Below are positions 20,901 to 32,987 of a DNA stretch of 64,000 nucleotides, one piece after another (the stretch's first letter is position 1; each line of letters starts with the position of its first letter). The DNA comes from Tetramitus jugosus (lineage: Eukaryota; Protista; Heterolobosea). The notes under the pieces were generated by a model. That model saw nothing but the letters and a program-made list of their open reading frames with translations, ran no database searches and was not told the origin of the DNA. Both the position numbers and the translations under genes were made by a program. The stretch is from assembly GCA_937625935.1 (NCBI GenBank), contig OW569393.1, positions 186,001 through 250,000 on the forward strand. The letters are read 5' to 3'.

Positions 20901-23900
20901 CACGAATGTTCCTTTTGTAACTACTGATCACGGTTCGAACAACGAAACTCTCGCATGCGCCAACCAACAACTATCAGGATGGTGGTTTGGTAATTGTTCG
21001 AACCCGAATTCATGGAATTTAAATTCACTTCATTATGCTCACGTGGGATTAGACACCATTACGGCCTCTGATTGGATGCTTGTGAGTGCAAAGGATGATC
21101 GAGATGCTATGATTTGTGACTCATCAAAAACTTGTTTCAATCACAGCCAAACTGACCCAGATGTTTGTTCTGGACATGGAACATGTGTCAATTTGAACAC
21201 ATGCATGTGTTACACGGGATTCACTGGATTTGAATGTAGATTGATTTCGGTGACCGTTAGTGACACACTGACCAAATTTTGCGAGGATGCTGAGTTCACA
21301 ACAAATATGTTTGGAGTGAGCTACAACCAAAGTATCAAATATACGTATGTCTGGTCTATGTATCAGAGTTCTGGAATGAAACCTGGAGTAGATGAATATC
21401 TAGCATCTCAAAATACGAAATCCATAGTCTTACCTGCACGCTTCATGGGTATTTCCTTGAATGAAATTCAAGTTGAAGTGTTTGATCAAGGAGCTAAAAT
21501 TGGGGAGGCACGTAAACAATTTACCATGCCTCAACTCGTTATTGATTCATCAAACATCGATGTTGGAGATTCTCATATTTATGCCAGACAGTATGAAAGT
21601 TATTCCTTCGTACTGATAACCAGAAACCTACCTATTTGTGCCAATAATGAGACCAAGAGATGGACTGTGAATGGGGCAATATACGAAACCTTTGCAAACA
21701 AAGCCACAATAAGCATTACTCCAACGGAATCAGGAACCATTTACTTTACATTGACCTTACTTTCATCGGTGGTACAGGCAAATGTAAGTATTTCCGTTAT
21801 TCCAGCTCGTCCAGTGACAATAATATCAGGGGGAAATAGGATGGTTGCTTCATTCCACAATCATACAATTGATGCATCGAAGAGTTATGATCTCACTGTC
21901 TCGAGTAATGTCACTTCGAATTTCTATTGGAGTTGTGACAAGTGTACAAATTTTGTGTCTTCCAATCGATCAACTGTGATATTTAATGAAGATGTCGGAA
22001 TCTATTCACTTAGTGTCACTTACTACCCCGATATACTTGTTCTGTCTCGAAGATCAAGTTCTCAAGTAATACTAACCGTAGTGGATGATCTCTCTGATAT
22101 ACCAATTCCCCAAATAAGCACTGTCTTTCCCAACTTACTCGATGCGCGACACGTATTGCGTATTGGATCGTCTGTTTCGAAGAATAGGCCAAATCATTTG
22201 CTGGACTATGAGTGGATTGTGTTGAGAAAAGAGAAGAATGAACAAACGGTTATCTCAGGTAGCTCTTTTAATGTTGTTCCCCTCGTTCTCTCGCAGGGAT
22301 TTCTCAAACCCAACAGCTCTTATGTGTTTACCTATCGTGTCAGATATAGAAACTTTACAAACTTTGGTGAAGCGTCCGTTACAGCAAAAACAGCCTCAGC
22401 TTCATTAATCCGATCTATCTCATGTTCTCCATGTAATGGAACGGCACTGTGGACTCAATTCGAACTTTCCCTCGATTCTACCGATCTGGTTGAATATTAT
22501 CCGCTGCAATATTCATTCTCATATCTTGACCCATCAAGTAAGAGATACATACCACTACAGGGCATTTCTACATCTGCAACTATTCGTACAATGTTGCCAA
22601 ACCTGAATTCTAGATTTATCGTTGTACAAGGTGTTGTCACAAATTTTTTTGGAATCGACTCAACCGCACAACTCAACATTAGTATGGCTGAAACAGATAC
22701 ATCAAGCATTCTTCGAGATCTAGTTTCTAATCTCGACAAATCCACATCGAGTGATGTTCTGACCTCCATCAATGGTTCACTCAAAACGATCCTTGTGAAT
22801 AACCAATCGAACGCTATTGTGGAACAAGTTCTATCTTTCATGTCAGATAGTTTGGATCGAGAAACAACAAATTCAACAATTTCAATCAGCACTGCAACGC
22901 TCAATATTAATGCAATTGAAACGCTAACAGATTTGACAACTTCTTCGGTGGTATTGAACATCACACATATGCTCGTGGATAAACTGATTGTGAAATGCGA
23001 TCAAGGAAATCTTGAATTAAAGGACTCAACAATCCAGTCATTGGCGAATGTTGTTTCAAATTTGATGGGGAGGTATGGAACAGAAGGATCAAACCCCATG
23101 ATACCAACTATTTCAAAGGTCTCTACTTGGATTGCTCATTCAAAGTGGATCTCCGAAAATCAAACCAATATTGCCACAGATACGTTTCAACTATCAGTCA
23201 AGAAGGAAACAGGTGATACGATTCGTGGAACAGATATTTATACAAAAGATGTTCAAGTGATTCTTCCAAGAAATATATCTGTTCTAACATCTGAACAAGT
23301 GTACATTGTTCAATCAGTCAGTTTCAATGGCACTTTTAATCCATATAGACTCACAGGATCACACTTTAGCACACCTATTGTTGACTTTGAGATCAAACAA
23401 GAAGAGAAAAAGATCAAATTGTCAGATCTGGAGTATCCATTGCAAATTGTTCTGAAGAAAGAAGTTGAGCAAGAGAATTCATCGTCTAGATTTGAGTGTA
23501 GGTTTATGGATGAGACAACCAACTCGTCATGGTTCACAGACGGGTGCTGGTTGTACGAAGAAGATGATACAAGTGTCACTTGTCACTGCAATCACACCAC
23601 AAGTTTCAGTGCAATGATCATATATGATCCAAAAGCACCCAATAAGGCATCTGATGGTCTCTATGTCACCAGTATCATCATCAATTCGCTTTTAGCTCTC
23701 ATCAGCCTTGCACTCTTGGTTGTCTGCTTCGTTTGGAGAAGAAAACAACCAATCAAATCTCGTTTTCTTGCTCCTCCTATTGGTCTGGGAGCCATCATTG
23801 TGGAGTGCATATTGAATGGAATCATCAGAAACTCTTTACTCATTGCAGCCAACAATGCGAACGATTATAGAGGAATCAATAGCATTGCATATCTGATTCT

Positions 23901-25119
23901 GACAATAGTCAATCCAATTGTTCTTTTGTCACTTTTCATTTACTTCTGGCAGATGCTTCGATACTTCCTCCTCAAGAACTTGTATGCAATTATGAACATT
24001 GAAAAACGAAATCTGAAGAAAATTCAATTTTTGAAGATGTTATCATCCAAGTTAGTCTACATTGCACTTGGAACACTGGTGTTCTCGGCTTCTTGCACTT
24101 ACTTTGTTGTCATCTCCATATTGGAGGCCACAGATGTCATCAAGCCAAATGCAGCATCAACTGTCAATGCTCTCTCATTCTCAATATTGTCCTTCACTCT
24201 GGGTGCGTTGATAGTTGCAACATTTATTTGGGATTGCACAATCATTTTAAGTCGAAAGTTATTCAAAAGAGAAATGAAGAAGATGTCTGAAGGAAATGCT
24301 GATATGGTGTATTTGAAGAGGATTGTGACAACAATTATGAATCATTTCAAGTCGGATGATCCATTGATGTTCAGAATAGAGTCTGTTTTCATGGTTGCAG
24401 CAATGATGGTCATGACTATTTCGTACATTGTGGGAATTTCTGATAGATTTGATTCTCGAGCATCTCCCAACTCAGCAGCAAAGATTATCGAATTCTTGTT
24501 CGACATTTTGTACATCTCACTGAGGATAATGGCATTTGGTGGCTTATCGGTGCTTGTTCGATTCATCCAACGAGTTAGACTTCACAGAGAACACGAGGAT
24601 TACGCACGATTGAAGCAATATATGAGTGAATTGAAGACAGGAACAAGCACAATTGAATCGCAATTACAAAATATGCTTAGAGATGAGTATGGTTATTCGG
24701 CAATTTCCACTTATGCAAAGAAGGAATTTGCTCTGGAGAATGTTCTTCTTTGGAAACGATTGGAAGAAGTGAGATCAGACAATATTACTGCATCAGTCGA
24801 AAGAAGGAAGAAACACTTGCAAGATTTGTATGATGATTGCATTGCCAGAGGAAGTCCTTTTGAGTGCAACCTTCCAAGCAAAGTGGTGAAGAACTACCGA
24901 AAGTTGATGGATCAAGCAGAAGTTACTGCAGCAGAAGCCGAAGGAGTATTCTTGAGTGTTTTCAACGAAGTTCTCGTCAACATTTGTGACACATTCACAA
25001 GATTCTCAGTTTCACCCGAGTATGCCCAATATCAGCAAGTCAGAGATATGAGCAAAGAACTACACGACAATAATTTCAAGAATGAACACTCGTCTGAAAG
25101 CTTGGTGAGAGGACTATGA
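18000..25119 (+). CDS. Adhesion-GPCR-like receptor: propeller, beta-helix, fibrinogen C, EGF, REJ/PKD, GPS, ~7TM, RGS (frameshift near 19178)
   Basis: FReD DFNVNWTTYEQGFGDLDGDFFLGL..GWWFGNC; EGF CSGHGTC..C.C..GFTG..C; GPS CRFMDE..W..DGC...CHCNHTTSF; multiple TM helices; RGS YAKKEFALENVLLW..DTFTRFSVSPEY. Removing one C at gccc (19177-19180) fuses the 439-aa and 2004-aa ORFs. Confidence 0.85.
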
Positions 25120-25310
25120 ATCTTTCTCCTAGAAATTGCGTGCCAATTTTCAGGTTAGATAAATGTTGAGTGAATACTCAACGCTTCAGCGTAAACGAAA
25201 GTTCTCCGATCCGAAAGTACTTTTCCATTCTATTTTCGAAACTTCTCCACTGGGAATGGGAGATCAATCATTCAAGGATCCAAACAGAAGTTACAGACTG
25301 AAAACAAAGA

Positions 25311-26117
25311 ATGAAGTTAATTGATCTGTCACACCTCATTGAAACCACACCTCTGACTACCAGTGGTTACGCTTCATCTGAAAAGTCCAGGCACATGCCC
25401 ACACCAAGTCCTTCCATACCTCAACCCAAGATCAAAGCATGGCAATCCCACTACGATTCACAGCGCAGTGGAATATACTCGCAGGGTATATCGCGCGAAA
25501 TTTCTCTCGTTGAATTTGTCGCAAACCTCGGTACTATTATTAATTCACCGTACGAGTTTCTGGAAGACATGTATGCCGTGGATCAAATCTTGTTGGAACA
25601 GTGTGTTCTGCCAGGTGTTGTCATTGATTGCACTGCATTTGTTGGCATGTGTTATCAGAATACGCCTGATGCGATTGAACAGAGAAGTCATTTGCCTCAT
25701 TGGCAGACTGAGATTGGACCAGAGGTGTTGTCTCAAGTGAATAATAAGGAAGATTTGAAAGGAAAAGCTGTTTTGCTCTACACTGGGTATGACAAGCATT
25801 GGAAAACAGACGTTTATGCGAGGTATTGTCCGTTTGTTGGGCGAGCATTGACTGAAGAATTGGTCAACCTGGGTGTTAAATTGGTTGGAATTGATTGTTT
25901 GTCCGTGGATTCTTCGACCGATCCCGGACACTTTTGTTACAATCATTTATTGAGAAACGAGGTGCTCGTTGTGGAGAATCTGTGTAAAGTGAACCAGTTG
26001 GTCGAGAGTATCACCCAGGATGGAGGTAAAACCAAGGACTTTGTCTTCCACGCAGCACCTGCAAAGTTCCAAGGAGCTTCTGCTTTCCCTGTCAGAGCTT
26101 ACGCTGTTATATTGTAA
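25311..26117 (+). CDS. Cyclase / kynurenine formamidase-fold protein with degenerate metal site
   Basis: MKLIDLSH, AVLLYTG, GVKLVGIDCLSVD, VVENL, GASAFPVRAYA. The HxGTHxDxPxH motif reads NLGTIINSPYE. Confidence 0.85.
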   Translation: MKLIDLSHLIETTPLTTSGYASSEKSRHMPTPSPSIPQPKIKAWQSHYDSQRSGIYSQGISREISLVEFVANLGTIINSPYEFLEDMYAVDQILLEQCVLPGVVIDCTAFVGMCYQNTPDAIEQRSHLPHWQTEIGPEVLSQVNNKEDLKGKAVLLYTGYDKHWKTDVYARYCPFVGRALTEELVNLGVKLVGIDCLSVDSSTDPGHFCYNHLLRNEVLVVENLCKVNQLVESITQDGGKTKDFVFHAAPAKFQGASAFPVRAYAVIL

Positions 26118-26253
26118 ATAATTTCATCCAGTTAAACTGTCGCAACAGCTGTAAATTATCAAGTACTCGTCTCTCGAACTCGAAGCTTGCTTTCCATGTA
26201 ATAATATATCTCCGAAAAGATGACAAAAAGAAGAAAAAAAACTACAACAAAAA

Positions 26254-27553
26254 ATGGCGCGTTCAATCTCACAACTCTTTGTTTTGGTCTCTTTAGCTTT
26301 GACGTTATTCGTCACTCTTTTCGTCAATGGTGCCACCACAACATCCAGATATGACTTGAGAGTGGATCTCTTGATGGGTCGTTTTGACACGACATCCTCC
26401 CAGGATTACATCCAATATGACTGGTCTGGCGTAGCTTTTGCTTACTCATTCTCTGGCGTTGTTTCCGCTCCAGCTATTGCTCTCAACGACAATGGAAACA
26501 TTTATCAAGTTTTTCTGTATTCAGGGTCAGGAAACACCTCGAGGATTGTTGACTATACTCTTTTGGTGACTGCTCCACGTGAGAATGACTCTCCAACGAC
26601 TTACACCTTGTTTGATGCTTACCAGGACATTTTGAACAGGTTGACTACATACACACTGGTCATTGCCAAGAGAACAGAAGCCTCCTTTGGTATTGTAAAG
26701 CTCTATGGATTTGTCCGTCGTTCAGGCAGCTCGATCGTTGTGCACCCTGGAATCGCCTCTCAGGTTGTCTCTGGCGCCAAAAAGTCCATTTTTGGTTTGG
26801 CCGCTGCCACCAACAAACCAAGATCCATTGAATTCCTAGGTGATTCATTGAGTTGTGGTTATGGTAACGAAGGTGTTTCTCCGTGCAAGTTTTCTGCATC
26901 TACGGAAAATGCGCTCCGATCTTTCCCGATTCTCACCGCCAATAACTTTGGTGCCAATTATTCGTTGACTTGTTGGTCAGGCAAGGGAATGGTGAGAAAT
27001 TATGCCGACAAGAACCCGACAAGTGTATCTCCGTTCCCTGTGTACTACCCAAGAACTTTGGCCAATAATGAAGCAAAGGCATGGAACTGGGAACAATTCA
27101 GTCCTGATGCAGTTGTCATTACACTTGGTACCAATGGTATGTTTATTGTTGTTTGTTGTTGTTTGTTGATTTATTGATGTTTTTGTTATTATTGATAGCT
27201 GTCTATCTTACTTACACTTGTGAAATTTATTAATTTATCAAGATTTCTCAACTGAACCAAGACCAAGCTTTGACGAGTTCTCATCTGGTTACAACCGTTT
27301 GTTGGACACCATCTTGAACAATTATTATCCAAAGAAGCCTCAAATCTTTTGTGTGTCTTTTGGAAGCATTGCTGCCTTTGGAAGCTACACAGAAACCATT
27401 GTCCAGCAAAGAAACGATAAGAACATTCACTATGTAAAGCTGCCTGATTGGAGACAAGATCAATTCGGTTGTTCCAATCATCCAACTGTCGAAGGTGACA
27501 TGGAAGCTGCTCAACGTTTGACAGCTGCCATTTCAAGTGTTTACAATAATTAA
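26254..27553 (+). CDS. Secreted SGNH carbohydrate esterase (CE2-like), intron 27137-27242
   Basis: KRTEA, IEFLGDSLSCGYG, WSGKG, LGTN|D across a GT-AG intron, GCSNHP. Confidence 0.85.
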
Positions 27554-27710
27554 ACAAGCATTGATTACTTTGTAAACTCGTTTCGAGCTTGCTCTCACTT
27601 GAGTTAAAACTCACACTTCTCAAATCATTCTCCTTCGGAGTTTTTTATAAAGGGCACCAATATTTACAGCAGTTTTCTTTTTAAGCACCAAAGTTACCAA
27701 TCATAAATAT

Positions 27711-28255
27711 TTAAGTACTCTTTTCAGAGGGTTTGGATGTTTCAACGTCCTCTGAAGACATGACTGAAATCTTCTTTGGTTGATACTTCTTCTTGGGTTG
27801 TCCTCCCTTTGGAATCTCAAGCTTCAACAATCCATCTCTCATCACTGCCTTAATATCGTCCATCTTTGCATCTTCTGGAACTGGGAACGATCTCATAAAC
27901 TTGCCAAAAGATCTCTCTCTATAGACATAGTTCTCATCCTTTTCTTCCTTTTCACTTGAGGATTCTCCTTTGAGAGTAACCATTCTGTTCTCTTCGTCCA
28001 ATTCAATGTCCACATTCTCACGTTTCAAACCAGGCATCTCTGCAACCAATTCATACGCCTTGTCCGTTTCCTTCACGTCAACTGAAGGAGACACGAAGCC
28101 ACCGGATTCACTCGTGCTTACTGGCAGATTTTCAAACATGCTTTGAAGTGGTCTCATCATGCTCATCATGTCTCTGTCCATGAGGTCAAAGATGGATCGT
28201 TGGCTACCTCTGCGAGTGGCGGGTAGAAATCCTGGGTAAATTTTGAAAGTGACAT
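27711..28255 (-). CDS. Small heat-shock protein Hsp20
   Basis: Alpha-crystallin domain VDVKET..AEMPG..ERSFGKFMRSF..DGLLKLEIPK. The upstream ATG at 28255 is out of frame by one base (probable indel). Confidence 0.9.
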
Positions 28256-28432
28256 GTTGTTACAATTACTTGTTGTTGTTGACTTTATGTGTTTGAAGTT
28301 GTTGATGGCTTTCTAAAGGACCGGTGACTGAATGATTAAATAGGTGAGTTGACCAGATGCAGAGATCGCGACGTGAGATCTCACCAAGAGAAGCTGTGTT
28401 TTCTATTTTTTTCACATGAATACAATATGTCA

Positions 28433-30886
28433 TCACATGATCAGAATCTGTTTGGTTCTTGCTTTGGCCAGTAGAGATTCCAGGAATAGAACAAAACGAT
28501 TTCCTTGGCTGGTGATGCTTGGAGTTGCTCCATCGTCATCTGTTAGCTCAGAGCTAGTGTGGTTGTTGTCAGTGTATGATAGACTTTCGTGTATATCACT
28601 ATGCAACAGAGACATTTGGATAATAAAATCCAAGAATTCATTGAAAATGAGTTCTCTGTTCATTAGTGAGTCACGAGCTTCTTCAGACATGTCATCTATA
28701 TGTTTATCGAATAGTGACAACACTGTTCGTAAGGGTAATGTACGGTCTCCAATGAATCCTAATTCATGAATCATTCTCAGACATTGCTTCACAGTCACAG
28801 TCATGTCTGATGAGTGCCTCTGAATCATTACACCTCCTGCAAGCCGTCGATGATAGTGGAGGAAAAGTTGTTGCAGATCATTGAAGGAACGATTGATTGC
28901 CTCTTCAAATACCATCTTCTGAGAAATAAATAAGGTGTTCTCGGGCGTGGGTGCTTGGATACTGCTTGAAAATGATGGAAGAATATCCTTTTCTATCAAA
29001 GTCTCACACTTATCGTATAATGATACTGACTCTGAGGAGTATAAGGCCGAGGCTATTCGCACTAATGACTCAACAAAACCTCTGAATCGAATCTTGTTCT
29101 GGGAATTGTGATAGTCAGTGGCGTCCTTTGTGTTCATTCCTCCATTGAGTGCAACTTGAGCACTCATTCTTCTCTGTGTGGATAAGATTGGCTTAAGTGG
29201 ACCTTGAGATGTTTTCTCAGGTTCTCCAAATCGAACTACTTGAACCTTTGGCTGGGCTAACTCACCCTTCTTACTTCTAGAATGGATAAAGATACGACCA
29301 ATGTCAGCAAAGGAAAGTCGCTTGTTTCCGATGATATTGCAGTCTTTTGCAAATTTCCAATATTGATACAAGCTCAAGTCAGAGTACTTTGAAAGAACGA
29401 TTTGTCGCTCCACAAGCTCAACTCTACTTCCTACCGAACTAAGGTCCAGTTGCGAAGTGTTCTTTGTTGCGAGTCGAACATCGGTTTCTGTGCGTTTCAG
29501 AGTTTTTGTCGGGATGTCTATGAATACCTCGTATTCCTGTGCTTGTTGATTCACTTTCCTAACCTCAGGCGTCACTCCATATCGAGAGTAATGCTGGAAA
29601 ATGTTCTTCAATTTTTGGAGATGTCTGACAATGAGGCGTTGAATTAAGGAAATGTCATCTTGAGTGCCGTACTTGACCAAGATATCTTGTACATATAATG
29701 GTACATAGGTTGGATCTGAATTAGCCTCACTAGTGAGTGAAGAACTTGTTTTCATGTCAGTTTCAACTCCAACTCGATTCACTTCTGAGGCTGCAATAAA
29801 TCCCTCCTCGTCCAATGTTTCAATAATCTTATCTATTTCAAATATACATTGTTTAACTATGCCATTCCCCGAAGTGTACTTTCCCTTTCCATGCTATAAT
29901 ACATGTAATGTGTTAATAACCAAGGTCTCAAAGAGAAGTTAGTAGCAACAAACCAAATCACACACCTTCATATTGTTTTGCCAGCATCCTTCGTATTTTG
30001 AACCGTCAGCATAGTAGAAAACACCATATCCTTCTCGCTGACCATTAACAAAGTCTCCCTCATAATAATTGCATGTCTCATTAGATACATTGAGGTACAT
30101 AAGCTTTCCTTTCCCATGCGGTTTTCCATCCTGCCAATTTCCTTCGTACTCTTCATTGTTCAAATACCACCGCATTATGCCGTATCCTTGAATTCTATCC
30201 TCCCTCCACTCTCCATCATAACAATTGCCAGATTTGTAGTACATGATTCCTCTCCCATGTCTCTCATTGTCTTTGAACTCTCCCGTGTAGACTTGTCCTG
30301 GACAATATGTCAACTTACCATGTCCGCATCGCCTTCCATCTCTCCATTCACCTTCATACACTGCTCCAGTGTTTCCATTCTTGAAGAAGCCATACCCATC
30401 TCTCATTCCATTGACCAAATTCCCCTCATAGAAACTACCATCGCCCCACTCTAACCTTCCTTGGCCAGTCATCTCGTTATCCATCAATGTACCTTCAAAC
30501 AATTGACCATCACTCCAGCGAATCGAACCATGATTATTCATCATACCCTTTGTTAGTTGACCATTGTAGGCAAAACCCAATGAATTGAGCGCATGCTGAG
30601 TACTTTGAATTGTTGACACTTCTTCCATTGAGTGCACTACAATTTCTTCCTTCGACTCCCTGGCAATGTCATGGTAGAATGAGAAATTTCCTGAGCCTTC
30701 AAAGTATCCAAGCGTATCTCTTGTTCCCTCATAGCTAGGAAACATGGAATTTAACAGAGAAATATCAATTGGATACTCTATCTGTTCTTCTTCTTCCTCT
30801 TGTTCATACTCGTCCTCTGTTTCATATTCCTCTGTTTCTTCCTCAGTGTTTAGTAGTTCTGTTTCATGTACGTCTGAATCGTTCAT
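28433..30886 (-). CDS. RSPH10B: MORN-repeat radial spoke protein (RSPH10B-like), intron 29894-29965
   Basis: About 9 MORN repeats (YEGEW.DG..HG.G). The intron joins the two ORFs in frame (NNMK|HGKGKY). C-terminal QYWKFAKDC..ADIGRIF and FRGFVESLVRIA. Confidence 0.75.
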
Positions 30887-30989
30887 AAGTTCTTCGCAAT
30901 TGTCTCTCGCATTAAATCTCTGTAGATGAAGTGGCGCGAAAACCTGACAGATGAGCGTTCGATGCCAAAATTTTTCATCTTTACTGATA

Positions 30990-32825
30990 TTAGCCAAAAA
31001 TCATTAATTCAGTGACAAGCACAATGCTTACAAACAGAATGACCAGTGGTGTGATACATAGAGCATATTTTGTAAATGTGAAGCTGCTCATTCCTTTAGT
31101 GGCATTTAAGTCCCTAAGAATACCAATCCACAACAAACCTGCCAAAGCACCAATCAATGTAAAGTTTGCGCCTAGATTACTTCCTACGACGAGTGACAAC
31201 ATGGCACCTTGCTGAACTGCTTTGTGTGAACTAGAAAACAGCTTCACAAAACTTGGATCATGCAGTAGAGTAGTGAAGAGGATCGTCATTGGTTGATTAT
31301 TCATCATATTACATGCCAAGAAGCTTAAGATTGAAATGGAGAAGACCATGATGCTGACAGAACCTAGTTTTTGGGCAAAACTCAGCTCAGTTCCAGTCGC
31401 CATTGTCATTTCAAATACCTTACACATCGTTTGAGCCAACAAACTAACCAGATTGTACTTTGCTAACAGCTCAACAATGATGAACATTGAAAACACAAAA
31501 GGAACAATCTTCCATGGCATACGACTCATCACAGTCCATGTTATACGCTTGCCCAGTCGGCTCCACCATAAACTCAGACTCCTCGAACGAATCAATTCTA
31601 CTAAGTCGATAACAAGATCAATCAATAGAAACAGAACACCAAAGCCAACACAAATCATCCAAGTTCTCACGGCCTTAATATTTGTTAATGTTGCCAAGCT
31701 GGTCAAGCAAACAATCAGCAAGATTGACTTTAGAATAGCCATCTTCTTGTCCAATGATACTGACATTGAATGACTACTATCCAATGCATTATTTTTGTCA
31801 TCTTCTGTGTTCTCTTGTGGATTCTCCTCATCCGTACCACTATGGCTTGAATCTTCATGCAGCAATTCAATCTTGTCCGGTATCTGTTTCCTGAAAATAA
31901 AATACGACAATCCAAAGGTTGACATTCCAGCGACAAACGCAGGCAAAGCCATCCACAAGAAATAATTCAAGAAACTAAAGTTGTAAGCCTCTGCTACGAT
32001 AATATTCGTAGGATTACCAATCTTTAGAGTAATGCTCCATACGTTGGCCAAGAAGAATTGAGTTGTTACAAATGGAATGGGATCCAAATTCTTGGTTTGC
32101 CTTGCCGTGTAACACAAGATGGGAGTCACAGTCAAAATCACAATGTCATTACTTGTAACAACGGTCAAAATACTCGTGAAGACGGAAAAGGCAACAAACA
32201 GCTTCTTTCCAGAGTCTTTGGCTCGTTTCACAATTTCCTGAGCCAAATACTGAAACAAAAATGTTGTATCCAATGAGATACACACATAGGCAAGAGACAT
32301 AAACAGCAATACAATTGTATATGGCTGTAAATACTCATTGCCAACAACACCTCTCCACAAAATAGCTGGAGACAGCGTAGTAGTGCACAACAAGAGCAAC
32401 AAAATCAGCACAGGAGCAGTTCCTACATCTAACGTAATGTACCACAGATACTTTTGATGCCATTTCAACACTGGTGGACTTTCTTGCTGCAAGGAAGTAG
32501 TGCTTTGTTGTAGCTCTTGAAGTTTTTCGTCTTCATGGTGAAGAGATGGCCTTGTTGAGTACCCTATTGGTGGAAGAGCTGAAGCTTCGACAATCGCACT
32601 GTCGCCCAGAGCTACATCGTCAAACTTCTCGTTCGCTTCGCGCTCGATGACGCCTTCCGACATCGTAGACGATTCGCGCAATTGTTTCGCCGAATTTTTT
32701 CGCTCCACATACCAATTGTAAAAATGAAACATGATTGGAATTCTGGGGCTTGTGATCACGAGAGCAATCGTGGCAATGAAAGCTACGAGCGAAATGTACG
32801 AGTGAACACTCAACGAAACAACCAT
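30990..32825 (-). CDS. ArsB/NhaD (ion transporter superfamily) permease
   Basis: SNDIVILTVTPI, IGNPTNII, MNNQPMT, GSNLGANFTLIGALAGLLW; many TMs. Confidence 0.85.
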   Translation of the reverse strand: MVVSLSVHSYISLVAFIATIALVITSPRIPIMFHFYNWYVERKNSAKQLRESSTMSEGVIEREANEKFDDVALGDSAIVEASALPPIGYSTRPSLHHEDEKLQELQQSTTSLQQESPPVLKWHQKYLWYITLDVGTAPVLILLLLLCTTTLSPAILWRGVVGNEYLQPYTIVLLFMSLAYVCISLDTTFLFQYLAQEIVKRAKDSGKKLFVAFSVFTSILTVVTSNDIVILTVTPILCYTARQTKNLDPIPFVTTQFFLANVWSITLKIGNPTNIIVAEAYNFSFLNYFLWMALPAFVAGMSTFGLSYFIFRKQIPDKIELLHEDSSHSGTDEENPQENTEDDKNNALDSSHSMSVSLDKKMAILKSILLIVCLTSLATLTNIKAVRTWMICVGFGVLFLLIDLVIDLVELIRSRSLSLWWSRLGKRITWTVMSRMPWKIVPFVFSMFIIVELLAKYNLVSLLAQTMCKVFEMTMATGTELSFAQKLGSVSIMVFSISILSFLACNMMNNQPMTILFTTLLHDPSFVKLFSSSHKAVQQGAMLSLVVGSNLGANFTLIGALAGLLWIGILRDLNATKGMSSFTFTKYALCITPLVILFVSIVLVTELMIFG

Positions 32826-32987
32826 TTGCCGCCTTTTTTGAAATGTTGTTTTTTTGTTTCGCGGCGGCGAAAATGATCATCGGAGAAAATTGGAGTACCT
32901 CCAAGGTATTAATTTTTGGTCAACCCAGTTGTGGGTATGAAGGAGATGCTATTTTTTTATTCCGTGATGTTGTTCAGTCAAAACCTT

